A stretch of 64,000 nt of DNA. It comes from Octopus vulgaris (lineage: Eukaryota). Below the pieces are notes generated by a model. That model was not told where the DNA came from. It searched no databases and worked only from the letters and a program-made list of their open reading frames with translations. This document shows positions 1-14,164 of this stretch, in pieces; the stretch's first letter is position 1, and the number at the start of each line of letters is the position of its first letter. Made by a program: the position numbers and the translations under genes. The DNA lies in contig OX597819.1 of assembly GCA_951406725.2 (NCBI GenBank), positions 99,882,001-99,946,000 of the forward strand, in the 5' to 3' direction.

Positions 1-44
1 ATTCCTTTTGCAGATTCTAATACATGTATGTATTATTTTATTCT

Positions 45-305
45 TTCATTCTTTTACTTGTTTCAGTCATTTGACTGCAGCCATGCTGGAGCACTGCCTT
101 TAGTCGAGCAAATCGACTCCAGGACTTATTCTTTGCAAGCCTAGTACTTATTCCGTCGGATGCTTTTGTCGAAGTGCTAGGTTACGTGGATGTAAACATA
201 CCAGCATCGGTTGTCAAGCGACGTTGGGGGATAAACACAGACACAAACATATACACACACACACATACATACATGCATACATACATACACACATGCATAT
301 GTATG

Positions 306-337
<32 letters not shown>

Positions 338-495
338 CACGACGGGCTTCTTTCGGTTTCCGTCTACCAAATCCACTCACAAGGCTTTGGTCGGCCCGAG
401 GCTGTAGTAGAAGACTCTCACCCAAGGTGCCCCGCAGTGAGATGAGAACCTGAAACCATGTGGTTGGTAAGCAAGCTACTTACTACACAGCCGCA
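45..495 (-). mobile_element. SINE family A (tRNA-like head, internal (TA)/(TG) microsatellite)
   Basis: Reverse complement of the family seen at 25222, 47075 and 63604, with shared body GAAAGAAGCCCGTCGTATAT and tail GACTGAAACAAGTAAAAGA. Confidence 0.85.
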
Positions 496-502
496 TTTAC
501 AT

Positions 503-702
503 TATATATGAGGAAAAATCAAAACCAAGGCAAAACGACTATCTCAAGTCATGGTGACAGAATAACCAGTGGACATGCTAATCTACCACTTGGGTTATAC
601 CAGAAAAAGCTGTAAGACATGGAATTCACCTTTGCCGAATTAAATTATTCTAAATGACTTGAGATACTCGTTCTAGCTTGGTTTTGATTTGTCCCCTAAT
701 AT
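503..702. mobile_element. MITE with ~50-bp terminal inverted repeats
   Basis: GGAAAAATCAAAACCAAGGCAAAACGACTATCTCAAGTCAT versus ATGACTTGAGATACTCGTTCTAGCTTGGTTTTGATTTGTCC, in TA-rich flanks. Confidence 0.65.
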
Positions 703-856
703 AATATATACATGCCATAATGGAGACCCAGCATGGATCCCTAGATCCAGTCTTAGCTGTGTTCTTGGAACCTAATGGCCGACCAGCTATAGTATTTATC
801 CAACGTACCTATTCGTTTAGATCACAAGTAAACTAAACCCCCTCATGTTCTTTTTA

Positions 857-1149
<293 letters not shown>

Positions 1150-1152
<3 letters not shown>

Positions 1153-1536
1153 GAAATTTAAAAAAAAAGACGAAGACAGGCATATGAACAACAAGCAAGT
1201 GTATTAGTTTCACGCACGAGGAAAATGAAAACGACCTTTAGGTTTCGAGCCTACGCTCTTCAGCAGGCAGGAATAAGATGAAATGAAGAGAGAGAGAGAA
1301 TTTAAAAAATGTGTAGAGTTCAGCGGTCCAACATGGCGTATTAGCCATGTTGTACCGCTGAACTCTGCACGTTTTTTTTACATTCTCTCACTGTTTATTT
1401 ACTCTTATTCCTTTCTGTTGAAGTGCGTAGGCTCGAAACGTAAAAGACATTTTCATTTTTCCCTAGCGTCAAACTAACATACTTGCTTGTTATTCATATA
1501 CCTGTCTCCGTCTTTTGTTTTTCTATAAATTTCAAC
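1150..1536. mobile_element. Palindromic pair of Penelope-like pLTR-type repeats
   Basis: About 190-bp imperfect inverted arms centred on ACATGGCGTATTAGCCATGT. Each arm carries a TGAAGWGCGTAGGCTCGAAAC hammerhead-like core. A single copy of the arm lies at 48310-48495. Confidence 0.6.
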
Positions 1537-1910
1537 CATATATTATATGCTCACGTGGTTACACCACCTTGATCCTAAATGAACTTCTTACTATTTAGAC
1601 TTGCATATCTTAACCACTTCTCGAACTTTCAGCCCCAGTCCTCATTCACATACTAGCACTCCACCTGCATTACCAATGGATCTACTGACTCTACCTTCAC
1701 GGATTTCACTGGATTGTTTCGTTGATTATATATATATATATATAAGGGAAATGGATATAATATAAGGGAACAGAAGTTATTTATATAAAAGTCAAGTCAA
1801 GTGAAAGACAAGGTAAACACATATATGAATAAGTAAAAAAAATTCTGAAGTTAAATTAGTTTCTGGCTATCTCAATCGCAACTGTGCCTCTAATTTTTAC
1901 AGCTAATAGT

Positions 1911-2221
1911 TGTTGTTTGTTTGTTCCTTCTCGATCCATGCCTGGCTCATAAGGGCTGGTTTCCAGGTTTCCTTGGCGTATAGGTTCCCCACCTGGACGG
2001 GACGCCGGCCCGTCGCAGGTAAGCTGCAAGATGCAGGAGGAAAGAGTGAGAGAAAGTTGTGGCGAAAGAGTCAGCAGAAGTTCGCCATTACTTTCTGCCG
2101 GAGCCGCCTGATGCTTTGGTGTTTTCGCTCATAAACACACACATCGCCCGGTCTGCGATTCGAACCCGTGATCCCTCGACCGCGTGTCCGCTGCTCTAAC
2201 CACTTGGCTATGTGCCTTCAC
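1911..2221 (-). mobile_element. SINE family C, variant 2
   Basis: tRNA-like A/B boxes on the minus strand. 12-bp TSD ACAGCTAATAGT at 1899-1910 and 2222-2233. Confidence 0.9.
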
Positions 2222-2389
2222 ACAGCTAATAGTGCTGAAAAGTGAGTTCAGCACTGGGTATCGGTCGCTGGCTTGGGTGACCGAAACTTCGATGATGATG
2301 CTGATCATGATGATGATACTGTATTTATCACAAGTGGTGCAAAGCTCATTCAAGACAATACAAAGGGAATGTACATAAACACAAGTAAA

Positions 2390-3090
2390 TATTAAAAACA
2401 ACAACAAAAGTTATAACAGCAATATCCCCAATCGGAGGAACGCCATTCAGTATTGACAAAAGATCCTCAACAGATTACGTGTCACACTATATGCGAGAAG
2501 CACCAGGGCAAGTGCTTTTCTTTCCTTCATAATTTTCAGCCGACAAGCGCATGTCTAGAGTGAGTGTATTCACCGAAACCATTCTCGTTACATCCACCCA
2601 CTCTTATAAATTTACTGGTGTTCAGCACAACCCTCTCCACCTTTGTTTTTCTTACCAAGAGGAACTTAAGTAAGTAGATAAAACTTGGCCCAAAATGGAA
2701 AGATTCGTCTTTAGTATTTTTGCATCCCAAATTACCTCCTTTGACTTAGCCGCCGGACAGAAGACAGCCACCTGCTGGTCCCGATTAAAGGAAAGTAGCA
2801 GATTTTCCCGATGAACTTGACCGATAGCTGGATCCGGTCTACTTGTCAAACAGCTTTTCGATACAACTCCACAAGACAGCAATGCTCATGTACTGCACGA
2901 ACAGGAGGTTTCATAGCTCTGGGTGCATCTCGCGCAGGCGTGATTGATAGCACTAAGATACCTTCACATCCGTCTCTGGTGCATTGTCCACTCCAATCAG
3001 TCGAGCCATGTACCATTGACGAGAATCATCTCGCAATCGAGTAGCACACACCACTCTCGATCCGTTAAAGACCGAATTGTGTCTTTACGC
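2390..3090 (-). mobile_element. Degenerate L1/Tx1-like LINE ORF2 3' end
   Basis: Remnants KEVIW and LKFLLVRKTKVERVVL are homologous to the copies at 19140, 26790 and 57330. Confidence 0.55.
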
Positions 3091-4309
3091 ATCTGACGCC
3101 CGAACCCATTGAAAAATAAAACAGGAATTGAAAAGCAAAACTGGAATTTTGAAAGAAGTATCTATAACACTAATTTTTAAACAATGGGTGGCTATGGGTT
3201 TCCACAAAAATAAGATCGTAATCAAAGGCATCCATAGATAAAAAATATGGTTGACTGAATAACAAATTTTCTTTATTAAATCGTTATTTGCATATTCATT
3301 CTTAATATATCTAGGCAAGTTCAGACGCAAAATATGCTAGTTGCTATAGCGCATCAAAGGAGGAAAACTTCATTATTTTATGACGAGAGTGAGCTCAACA
3401 CGTTTAACTCATTGGCGGTATTTCGACATGTTCTGTTTCATAAGCCAGAAATACTCCGGACATTTGAGTCTAGCCAAGCAGCTGGCATCCATTTATACTT
3501 TCAGTGCGCAAAATATCTGCAGATCTATGCTTATATCTGCTAATATATATACAATCGTTATATACACTATATAGAGCGAGATCTGAAAGGAATATTTAGC
3601 ATATTTATTCTTAATAAGTTTCCTTATCAAGAGGAAATATAATACAATTAAAAAATATTTTTTCTACACATTTTGTGAACAAGAGCATCGTTGATTACAA
3701 GAAGTTTACAATACATCAAAAGTTGGTTTCGTTTACAACACTGAGGTCGGAGAATTTGTAATTCGGTGCAACGACTACATTATTGTAAAATAATTTTTTG
3801 TAAACCCACCGGCTTTGCCTGTAAACTGCATTCATAGTAAGTTTACATCGGTGAAAGATATTAAAGAATATGGTTCTAAACACACATGCAGACACACGCA
3901 CGCTCGTATATACACGTACACACACTCACTTGCGTGCATACATACATAATCGCACGCGCACAAAAATCAGGAACCTCTGACGGTAGCATTTTACCATTTG
4001 TCCGCATCTGTATTCACTTGCTTGGGCAAAATTTTCCATTATTGAAAGATTGATAGTTGCCTATTCACGCAAGTATTTAAACCACTGATAATGTTCTAGA
4101 AAGGCTACTGCTTGAAGGTTGACACAACAATGATTTTCGCCGGAGTATTTAACAATTTCTCATATGGTTCTTTGATGAGTTGTGCTTCATCTTCCGTGAT
4201 TTCATGCATGTATATTCTATATGAAAGAAAAAGCATTATGTGATTAAATATTCGAGATATGAAATGTTACGTGGATGACCTTATATTCGTTTGTTCTGCA
4301 ACCATAGTT

Positions 4310-4700
<391 letters not shown>

Positions 4701-4849
4701 TGTATCTTTGTTTATTCTCCACCGACGCTTCACAAAGGCATTGGTGAGTTTGCTTCCATGTAATTCAGCGGTCAGGTCAAAAACACCAATTTTTTTTAAT
4801 GTTATTGTTGTTGTTGTTATTGAAGTAAGAAGAAGCGATATGATCTTAG

Positions 4850-5150
4850 AGGACAAAATAAACAAACTATATTAGAGAATAGTCTTTGTGATTCCCAATG
4901 ATAACAGACACGTCACCAAAATAATTGAAAAAGCTGGGAGATAGAGAGCAGAATACACTATATAATACTAAGACAACAATTATTCCTGTGGTAATTACTG
5001 CATTTGGCCCAATGCAACCTGAGACACCAAACGACATTTGAAATGAGATTCGCACTGTTAACTTGCAGAAAATTATCATCCTGCATTCTGCAAGAATCAT
5101 AAAGTTTCTTGAAATTTGAGGAGACTTGCTGTCACCAAACATCTAGATAA
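4850..5150 (+). mobile_element. Degenerate R4/Dong-like LINE 3' end
   Basis: IPVVITAFG and LQKIIILHSARII remnants of the REL endonuclease C-terminus. Confidence 0.45.
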
Positions 5151-6559
5151 CATATTTGAAAATGTAATTAGCATGTACTAACTTGATGATAATGATAATT
5201 AATCATATACTACAAAGCTTCAATGTACATCTTTTTGTCTTGAATATACGCAGTGTATTATTGTTTTAGATTTTGGTTTTATGCTGTATTATAAAGATTC
5301 TGTGCAATATCATTAAAATTCTAATAGAGTTATTCTCCCTAATTTGTGCATGGATGCAACTCTGTGATTTTGGTTATGTTAAAATGGTAACTGAGGTGCC
5401 AATTATTACTGAAGTTGTTTTCCATTTTCCACACTCGGGTAATTTTAATATCTGTTTTTTTTTAAATAATTTCGCTACCTTTAGAGATATATAATTATTT
5501 GCTGGGACTATTACTTTGATTAGAAGACATGTTGGGCCATCATAACCACATCCACTCTGTTTAACTTGATATCCTTCTTGGCGTGGCTTAGCATGTTCAG
5601 GACATGGTCCCTTTGTCATCTTACTTTGTTGATCTGAGAGAGCACGCTCTTCTCTCTGTATCTACTGTGGCTTCTGCATATAACATTACGTTTAATCTAG
5701 TAATATAATGTTCATGGCTGTCTTCATTCAGTTTGCGTTGTTCCGGTTCGAGTCTATTTTTTGTTTTGTTTTATTCTTTTATTTCGTTTTTGCAATTTCA
5801 TCTTTATGTTTTATCTTTCGGCGCGGATATAACGACTTCCAGTTTTAATACATTTCCGCCTTTTTATTATTGTCATTTTTACAATTTATCGTTATCTTTA
5901 ATTCGTACCTCCGTATCTGCTGTATTGGTTCAGTTTTTGTAGTTTAGTATGCTGTAATGTTCTATGAGTTTATTGTATTCTCTCGTTTTTAGTGCTTATT
6001 TATTACATCTTTTCAGTTTTCACAATATATCTTATTAATTTAGATAATCTGTTGGAATTCAAAGTGAAGTTTCTCTACAAATTTTGTACGAAAATACTAC
6101 AATTATTCCTTCTGCGTAGAGTGAGTGTTATTGGAAATTGTGCAAAACGTACAGAAACCTATTCCGTTCGTGATCGCGATCATTTATAACGTTGCTGTAT
6201 TAATTGCGTGAGTTGAGAAATATAGTTTAGCTTCTTTTTTTTAAAATTGAAATCGTTCGCTTCGTGTACCGATTTACTTAATCTGATGATGTAGAGTTAT
6301 GCATTTACCCACTATTTGATTTGCGCTTTCTCCTTTTAACTTTCATCTGAATAATGTGGTTTACATTTGTATTATTTATCATTTTAAGACGAGTGACTGA
6401 ATCCTTCCAGTGTTGGTATTATTTGTGTCTTCTTACTGCTTAAACATGATGATTTGTTGTCGAAAATCACGAGCACTGCATTATAATAGTTTTAGCATGT
6501 AAATCATTGTAATACACAATCTCCTTCCGAATCATTTTCGATATGCAGCATTCCTGGAT

Positions 6560-6950
6560 CAAACATAAAGCAAGGTAGAGCGCCTGTCACCTACAGTGTC
6601 GTCAGATGTTCAGCCCTCTGCTACTCAGGTAATGCCGCCAGCGGAAGTTCCATTTTTAGCGCTTTATAGAAGTTTCGTGGCAGGTAAGTGTGTCGACGTC
6701 CACGGGGAAAATCTGGACATCGACGAAAATGAACTGGCTGATCTCTCCCTGAGGATTTTCGAGCCAGGACTTACGGATAACTTCCAGAAATCTCTTACCT
6801 GGCAGTACTACTACAGGGCGTTGCTGGTTCGAAATAAAATCCAGGCATTGTAACACCGTCAGCCTGGCCTGTCGATATACGTGCAGAGCGAAGAAACTAT
6901 TGTACATTCGCGAGACTACTACTCAAATATTGTTGACTTGTGGAGTTACG
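6560..6950 (+). mobile_element. L1/Tx1-like LINE fragment (zf-RVT region)
   Basis: ORF 6596-6853 contains DNFQKSLTWQYYYRALLVRNK, resembling the 'W....aL.vr..L' start of zf-RVT. Confidence 0.55.
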
Positions 6951-7131
6951 TCGAAAACATGCTGTCTTTATGTTTTGAATTCAAATCCTGATGAGGTATA
7001 CATCGCCTTTCATCTTTTCTGGGTCGATAGAATAAGTACCAGTTGAACACTGATGTCGATGTAATCGACAAACCACCTCCTCCTTAAAAGCACTGGCTTT
7101 GTGCAAAAATTTAAGACCACTATTATTATTA

Positions 7132-7186
<55 letters not shown>

Positions 7187-7197
7187 CATTATTATTA

Positions 7198-7400
7198 TGT
7201 GATGAAAACTCTCAGCTTATTCTGTTAGGTATTATGGAATGTGTCAGCTGTCCACAGCTAGCAGACTAAGGTGACATTTGTTTACTGGTCATGTTTCAAG
7301 AACCCTGCGATGAATTCTTGAAGTTCCAAGCAATGCTGTTTTTATAGGTCTTCTATAATTACATTTGTACCAATCTTTTTGAGTCATGTTGGTAGTTGAG
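7198..7400 (-). mobile_element. R4/Dong-like LINE 3' end abutting (TAA)n
   Basis: IKTALLGTSRIHRRVLET*, followed by a short 3' UTR and an (AAT)n tract. Confidence 0.6.
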
Positions 7401-7638
7401 TGCCGATGCCTCCAAGTGCGCCACTTAATATTAGCATCACGTCTACCCTCCTCATTGACCACAGCCTTTGGACTTTCCACTTCAAATCGTCGTAGACTTT
7501 CAGTTTTTCTTCTCTCTTTTGGTCCTGTTCACGGGCACATGTTAATCATCACAATTTCTAATGTCTGGTCAGGTGATAGCACTGAATCATCGCATCCCAC
7601 AGTATTTAGAAAAATATTATTATCATTATTATTATTAT

Positions 7639-7865
7639 TGAGTGAGAGAGCAGTGCATGCCATCAAAGTGACACTGGGTTAAAATATACGAAGCCTAGTA
7701 TACCCATCATAACTACCCGTCTGATAAGGGTACACCAGGCACATGCATCACAACCATGTGTGCGCGACATGTGCGCGACAGCTCATGACCTTGAAGGTGG
7801 TGCCCAGTTAGAATTTTCTTCTGGTCGAGTAACCCATCCGGCTCAAAAGGTCCCTGAATAAGGTT
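7639..7865 (-). mobile_element. (TAA)n-embedded non-autonomous element, 3' half
   Basis: Reverse complement of the ...CTGCTCTCTCACTCAATAAT end shared with the copies at 18016, 56311 and 59245. Confidence 0.85.
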
Positions 7866-7881
7866 TATTATTATTATTATT

Positions 7882-7931
<50 letters not shown>

Positions 7932-8390
7932 TCAAGCTGGTAAAATCCTCTGAACACATGGTTCTTATACTCCCCCACTACTACTGCACATGATAAGAGA
8001 TACACATAATCTCAGCCATTAAGAGACATGCTCAACTGGTTATCATTATTATTATTTTCAACAATTTCTTGTCAGTTTTTACTTGGTACTCATCCGTAAG
8101 GTGTATGCAACATTTTGGAGATGAAGTGATTGTTAATATATTACATCAATTTGGCACTGTTATACGGTTTTTGTTGTTTCCTCTGAATATGAGCAAATGT
8201 GAGTTATATTACTTTGTTGTACAGTTATTGTTGCATTTGATGCGTGATTTGTGTTATATGTTTTAGTGTTAGACGCTCTATATTGTTCTAACAATATACA
8301 GTGGATAGCTTGTGTACTGTAGTTGTGTGTGACTGATGTTGTTAGTATCATAGTGTTGGATATCATTTAGCGTTCGATATGTGTTGTACG

Positions 8391-8605
8391 AAGGTGGCGA
8401 GCTGGCAGAAACGTTAGCATGTCGTGCGAAATGTTTAGCGATATTTCATCTGACTTTACGTTCTGAGTTCAAATTCCGCCGAGGTCGACTTTGCATTTCA
8501 TCTTTTCGGGTCGATGAATTAAGTACCAGTTGTATACTGGGGTCGATCTAATCGACTGGTCCTTTCCCCTCAAAATTCGGGCCTTGTGCCTTGAGTAGAA
8601 AAGGA
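8391..8605 (+). mobile_element. SINE family B
   Basis: Head GAGCTGGCAGAA...GAGTTCAAATTCC (A/B-box-like) and core TTTCATC..TTCGGGTCGAT..ATTAAGTACCAG. Other partial copies lie near 6950, 26412, 28168, 34255(-), 44105(-), 48773, 51920, 53300, 58880(-) and 59893(-). Confidence 0.85.
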
Positions 8606-9199
8606 TATTTGTTGTACAAATTGTTTTGGTATATTGGGTGGGTATGGTAAAGGATATATGTTGTATGCATAGGATGTATTGATTGAATTTGAGTTATAGA
8701 ATTAAAAGCGTATTGTGTCAGATGTGGAGTGCACCTTGTAGAACTGTTTTAGGATTCGTTTAAAGTCAAGGTTAGGCTCAACGCCAGTATTAAGGTTCGG
8801 CTTAGGTTTGTAACATGGTGTTGTTTAGATTTATTCTTGATATTTTAAGTCATTGCTATTCTAATTATTATTATTAGTACAATTTTTTACTTTCCTGCAG
8901 TTTATTTCATTCAAATTAGAGATCCTTGAATTTTATCTGCTTTTCCATTTGTTTTTCAAATAATATTTTAATCAGAAGAGATAGTGATTCCTAAAGGCGT
9001 GTATACATTTGCTTTGCTGTCCTCATTTATTATATTACTATAGTTTGCCTCTCTTTCTTTGCCAGTTTGGATAAGCATGTCTATCATTTTACTGCATATT
9101 TATACCACTTTCGCTTCATTAGTCAAATGTTCATCCAGTAAGATGTTTAGTATGTGTCTAACACGTCTAATCCTTTTTACGTCGACACCATCATATGTT

Positions 9200-9750
9200 G
9201 CCCAGCATTTTTGATGGTTCGACTTGGCAAGGGCTTGGTCAGATTCAATGTTGTCAACTAGCAGCATAGTTCGCTACTTTATTAATGTAAAGGGTTTCCA
9301 GTATACATGAACAGAGAATGCCTTCATTTATCAATCTATATTATGCGAATGTTTGCTTTCTTCTTTATATTATCTTTTTATCATAGCTTGGTTCACCAAT
9401 GACTGCACTTTGCAGCCGTGCATTCCTTTCCGGTAATCTTTCCGTAAATCCAGTAAGATATTATTCTCCACGTGTTTAACCAGTCTATCATAAAGTACGG
9501 ATGTACCGCATACATCTCTTTAATACTATTACTGTGTATTGCCTATAGTGTTGATACTTAAAGGGGTATAATGCTTTAAAATAATGTTCAATGGGCGAAT
9601 GTTTTCTCTGTTTTTATTTTGAACTCTGGCACTAAAAGACGATTGGTTTTGTTCGGATTTAACATATTGAAAAGACATCCTTTCTGAACTACATGTTGAA
9701 GAGGAACTTATGAAAACCAAAGATTCACATTAATCACACACTGGAATGTT
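9200..9750 (-). mobile_element. Highly degenerate non-LTR reverse transcriptase fragment (R4/Dong-like)
   Basis: Minus strand gives RKGMHGCKVQSLVNQAMI and ENIRPL remnants of early RT domains. Confidence 0.4.
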
Positions 9751-10149
9751 CATTACATGTCCTAAATGAACCAGCAGTTTAATCAAGAGACATTGATGCT
9801 GTTAACTTTATAAATCGTGGTTTCGGAAATATATGAACAATTCCTTTCTTTGAAGAAAACTTTGAAACATCTTGGAGTACATGTATAGAAGTGTTTAACA
9901 TTCACAAGGCAGTTCATACTTAAAGAAACGTTCAAAATTAACAGTAATGCTCAGGCTTATTTCTTTTTACTTTTTGCATTCTCTGTTCAAATCTCACTGG
10001 GATCGACATCGAATGATGAGATTGATAGTGTCGGGTAACTTTTTCCATCAAAATTTGAGGCATTGCACCTAATTATCATCATCATCATCATTAATATTAT
10101 TATTATTATTATTATTATTATTACTAATATTATTATTATTATTATTATA

Positions 10150-10188
<39 letters not shown>

Positions 10189-10234
10189 GTTATTATTATT
10201 ATTATCATTATTATTATTATTATTATTATTATAG

Positions 10235-11450
10235 TCGCACAGTATACAATATTGTGAGGTTGTTTGAAGATATTGTGTCTACCGAGGGTTTGTACTATTT
10301 CTCAAGTCACAACAAGCTACCTCAGACAGACAGTACTTTACGCAATATGCATGCAGTTCCAAGTAATGCCGATTTTTACAATATATCTAGATTGTAGTGT
10401 ATTTCTAAGCTTGTCAGATGTTTTTTTTTTTCAGATAGAGTGGTATTGAACCCAATGCTCCGATAACAATAGTGATACTCTTTATGTTTGACTCTCGTAG
10501 CTACCACATCTTAGCGATCTCAATTCTCAGGACTTCATATTTATGAATATTTTCTCTTTCCTTCATGAAAATGTGTTGATCTCCTGGCACTGCCACGTCA
10601 ATTATTAGGCAATCTTGTTTGTCCTTCCTAATGGTTACTATATCCGGTGCTCTAATACCTTGTCTGTCTGGAAATCCCAGGGGATTTTTGCCTTTCCCTT
10701 TTCGTCTATTACCTTTACCGATGTATGTTGGTACCAAGCACCCGTAACCTCATATCAATACTTACGGCTTAGCAACCAGTGAAGGATTTGGGCTACCTTG
10801 TAATGTCTCCGCTTTTACTCTTTCTGCGCAAGACTTTCACAAGCTCTAACAATGTAAGTCACGCTTTCGACCCTCTTCCCACACATTCTGCAGAGGTCCG
10901 TTGCACTTGTATAGTATATATTCTTTTTCACTGAGTTGGTATTCAATACCTGGTCCTGGGCGGCGATTATTAGGCTTTCGGTATTCTTTTGTAGGTCACC
11001 CTTGTTGAACTACCTCCTGGTCTCTTAATTTGATGGTTTCACGGTGGAACTGACCATTTAATTCCATGCTGAGTAGGGTTTCTTCTCTCTCATTGGCTAT
11101 TCTTGATCACAATTATGAGCACTCTCAAGTACATTTTTGATAAATCCTTCTGCATTAGCAGCATAATGTAGCAGGTCTTGTTTGCTGTTTACCAAATATT
11201 CTGCCATGTTTCTTCTTTCACTGTTGATGCATTCCGGTACGCTAATGAGCCCGCGCCTACCTTTACTCCTCTTCATGGTGAGCCTGTGTACATTCGCCTA
11301 AGGGTGGAGGGCACCATACATTGTCATTGTCTTTTAGGTAGTCCGATCGAGTTGGTTAATCTCCGCTTGTGTCCATTTCAGGATGGGCGCACTGTAGTGG
11401 ACTACAAGAATCGCCCATATATTCATGGCAGTCACAAGGTTCCTTGAGTT
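10235..11450 (-). mobile_element. R4/Dong-like LINE fragment with REL endonuclease
   Basis: PDIVTIRKDKQDCLIIDVAVPGD...KE...KY..LRIEIAKMW (PD..D motif). Flanked by (ATT)n on both sides. Confidence 0.8.
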
Positions 11451-11499
11451 GAGTTTTGATTTCAAGAGAAGCAGTGATTTATTATTATTATTATTATTA

Positions 11500-12637
11500 T
11501 TGTTATCTTTTTTCTTCCTCTTTCAAATTTGCTTCCATTTCTTGCCGAGTGTCTTCCCGACTCCTAGGGAAAAGAAACTCATAGTATACATTGGTAGGCC
11601 ATTAAACTAAACTCACTAGTTTGTTCATTTTTTTTTAAGTTAAATTAAAATACATGGGTAGTAATAGTTCTCACATCGACAATGCTCTTCTCAATACGTG
11701 TGATGTACCAATTAAGACAATCTTTTGCACTTCCTGCAGGGATGGTAAGCCAGGGATCATCCTCATATAATTTTCGGTTCCCTTCCTGATCATTCCTAGT
11801 GCTCCTACGATCACTGGTATTGTAACCGCCTTGAGATGCCACATTTTCTCAATTTCAATGAGTAGGTCTTTATATTTTCTGAGCTTGTCAAACTCTTTCG
11901 CGAGATATTATGATCACAGGGGATGCTCATGTCGATCAATAAGCAAACTTTATTGTTTTGGTTTTTCACAACAATATCCGGTTTATTGGCTTTGATGGTT
12001 CGGTCTGTATGTACTGGAAAGTCCCACAGAATGGTTACATTTTCTCCTTCAGTTACAGCTTCAGGGTGGTGATTATACCACTTGTCGGCAGTTTTGATAT
12101 TGCAATGCCGACTTATTAGCCAGTGTAGATATTGGCCAACTCTGTCATGTCTTAATTTATACTCCACTGGTGCTAAGACTTAACATCCAGAGATTAGGTG
12201 GTCCACTGTTTAAATCATGTCGTTGCAGAATCGGCATTTTGGGTCTGCTCCATTTTTCATCACATTGGCCTGGTAGTTCCGGGTTAATAGGCTTTTGATC
12301 TTGAGCAGCCAGGATGAAACCTTCGCTCTCTGCTTTTAGCCCTGAGCTCCGTAGCCACTGATGGGTTTGCTTCTGGTCAACATCAGCTTGTTTGCTACGG
12401 GCCACATATTTGCCGTGCAGAGGTTTCTCCTCCCACCTATCAGCCAATTGCTCGTGCGCTTTTTTCGTTGCCATTATTTTCACCTTCTTTGCAACAATAG
12501 TTGCCGTACTTCCCTCGGGTTGTTCAGTTTGGGTATCCTGCACGAGATCAATAGCAAATTTTTTGCTTTCCTTTATGATAGAATGAAGCTTCTTTCGTCT
12601 CTCGTGATTTTCCACGAGCTTTAGCATCCAGTCATTC

Positions 12638-12640
<3 letters not shown>
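11500..12640 (-). mobile_element. R4/Dong-like LINE 3' fragment (CCHC knuckle, REL endonuclease, 3' UTR)
   Basis: WEEKPLHG, RHDRVG..LHW, ILWDFPVHTDRTIKANKPDIVV..CLLIDMSIP. Frameshifted, bounded by (ATT)n. Confidence 0.9.
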
Positions 12641-12726
<86 letters not shown>

Positions 12727-12734
12727 CATCATCA

Positions 12735-12813
<79 letters not shown>

Positions 12814-12829
12814 CATCATCATCATTTAT

Positions 12830-13600
12830 GGTTTCCTTTCATTATAACTTTATTTCAGATGCCTTAGTACCGAGCATCCTACGGAGGCCAAGAGTAGCAA
12901 GGGCACTTTTGTTTTGCTATGCATGGTAAAATTATCACCGCATTTATTCCATTTTAGATGGAGAGCGTTTTCCGTAGTATATGGGCTGTACTCATCAAGT
13001 TTATTAGAATTCCCAGGGAGTTAATTAATATACTTCTCAGCTCCCTTCTTTATCATTCCCAACACATCAATTACTGCTGGTATTATCGTAGTACTAAGCT
13101 TCCACATTTTTGTGATTTCAATTTGCAGATCTTTTTAGTGAAAAAGCTTTTTGTATTCCTTTCTTGGGATATTTTGATCTTGTGGGACAGACATATCTAT
13201 TAACAGACAAGTTTCTTTGATGTAGTCCTTGATCACAATGCCTGATCTATCGGAATCAATTTTTCTGTCTGTTTGTATTGGGAAATTCCAAAGGATAGTG
13301 ACGCCCTCACTATTTACTACATCTTCTGAATGGTGCCTGTACCACTTTCATGAGGTGTAATTTTATAGTATTTACAAACATTCCAGTGGATGTACTGCCC
13401 TGGTCTGTCGTGTCTTATGAAATACTCCTTTTCAGCGAGGACTTGGTAGCCATAAACAACGAGTTCTATTCTCTCTGAATTTTTCGCAAATTCTGCACGA
13501 GGAGTCAGATGCATCTTTAAGGATCTTTGCATGATAGTTCCTTGTAGGTGAGCTCTGTTTCCCCTTTCAAACTTTTCCCTTGTAGCCATTGATGTGTTAC
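12830..13600 (-). mobile_element. Degenerate R4/Dong-like LINE fragment
   Basis: LAEKEYFIRHDRPGQYIHWNVC and ILWNFPIQTDRK remnants. Confidence 0.7.
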
Positions 13601-13715
13601 ATTTTGAGCAATATCTAGCTTGGAGAGGCGGTAAGGGTATTTTCCATGCACGAGTTTACATTTCCAGTTGTCTTCGACATTATTCATGAAAGCCATCTTT
13701 GACTTTTATTTTATG

Positions 13716-13837
<122 letters not shown>

Positions 13838-13847
13838 CATTATTATG

Positions 13848-14069
13848 ATCCCCCACTACTTCTGCTCGTGATCAGGGATGCACATATCGTCAGCCACTAA
13901 GGGGCTCAACTGGTTCAGGTTAAGCAACTAACAAACAAATCTGTGGTATTCAGCAGAATATTTGCTGTAGCCCATCTTTTATACCAAGAGAAAACAATGT
14001 ACATGATAACACTTCCAATCAGTTAAGATCAGAAGCAACGAGAGCCACAGCCTGGTACTGCATCAGGGC
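13848..14069 (-). mobile_element. (TAA)n-embedded non-autonomous element, 5' half
   Basis: Reverse complement begins GCCCTGATGCAGTACCAGGC, as at 18017. Confidence 0.85.
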
Positions 14070-14161
<92 letters not shown>

Positions 14162-14164
14162 CAT

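Noticed and set aside
8050-8900. Possible Penelope GIY-YIG remnant on the minus strand
   Set aside because: Too degenerate to support.
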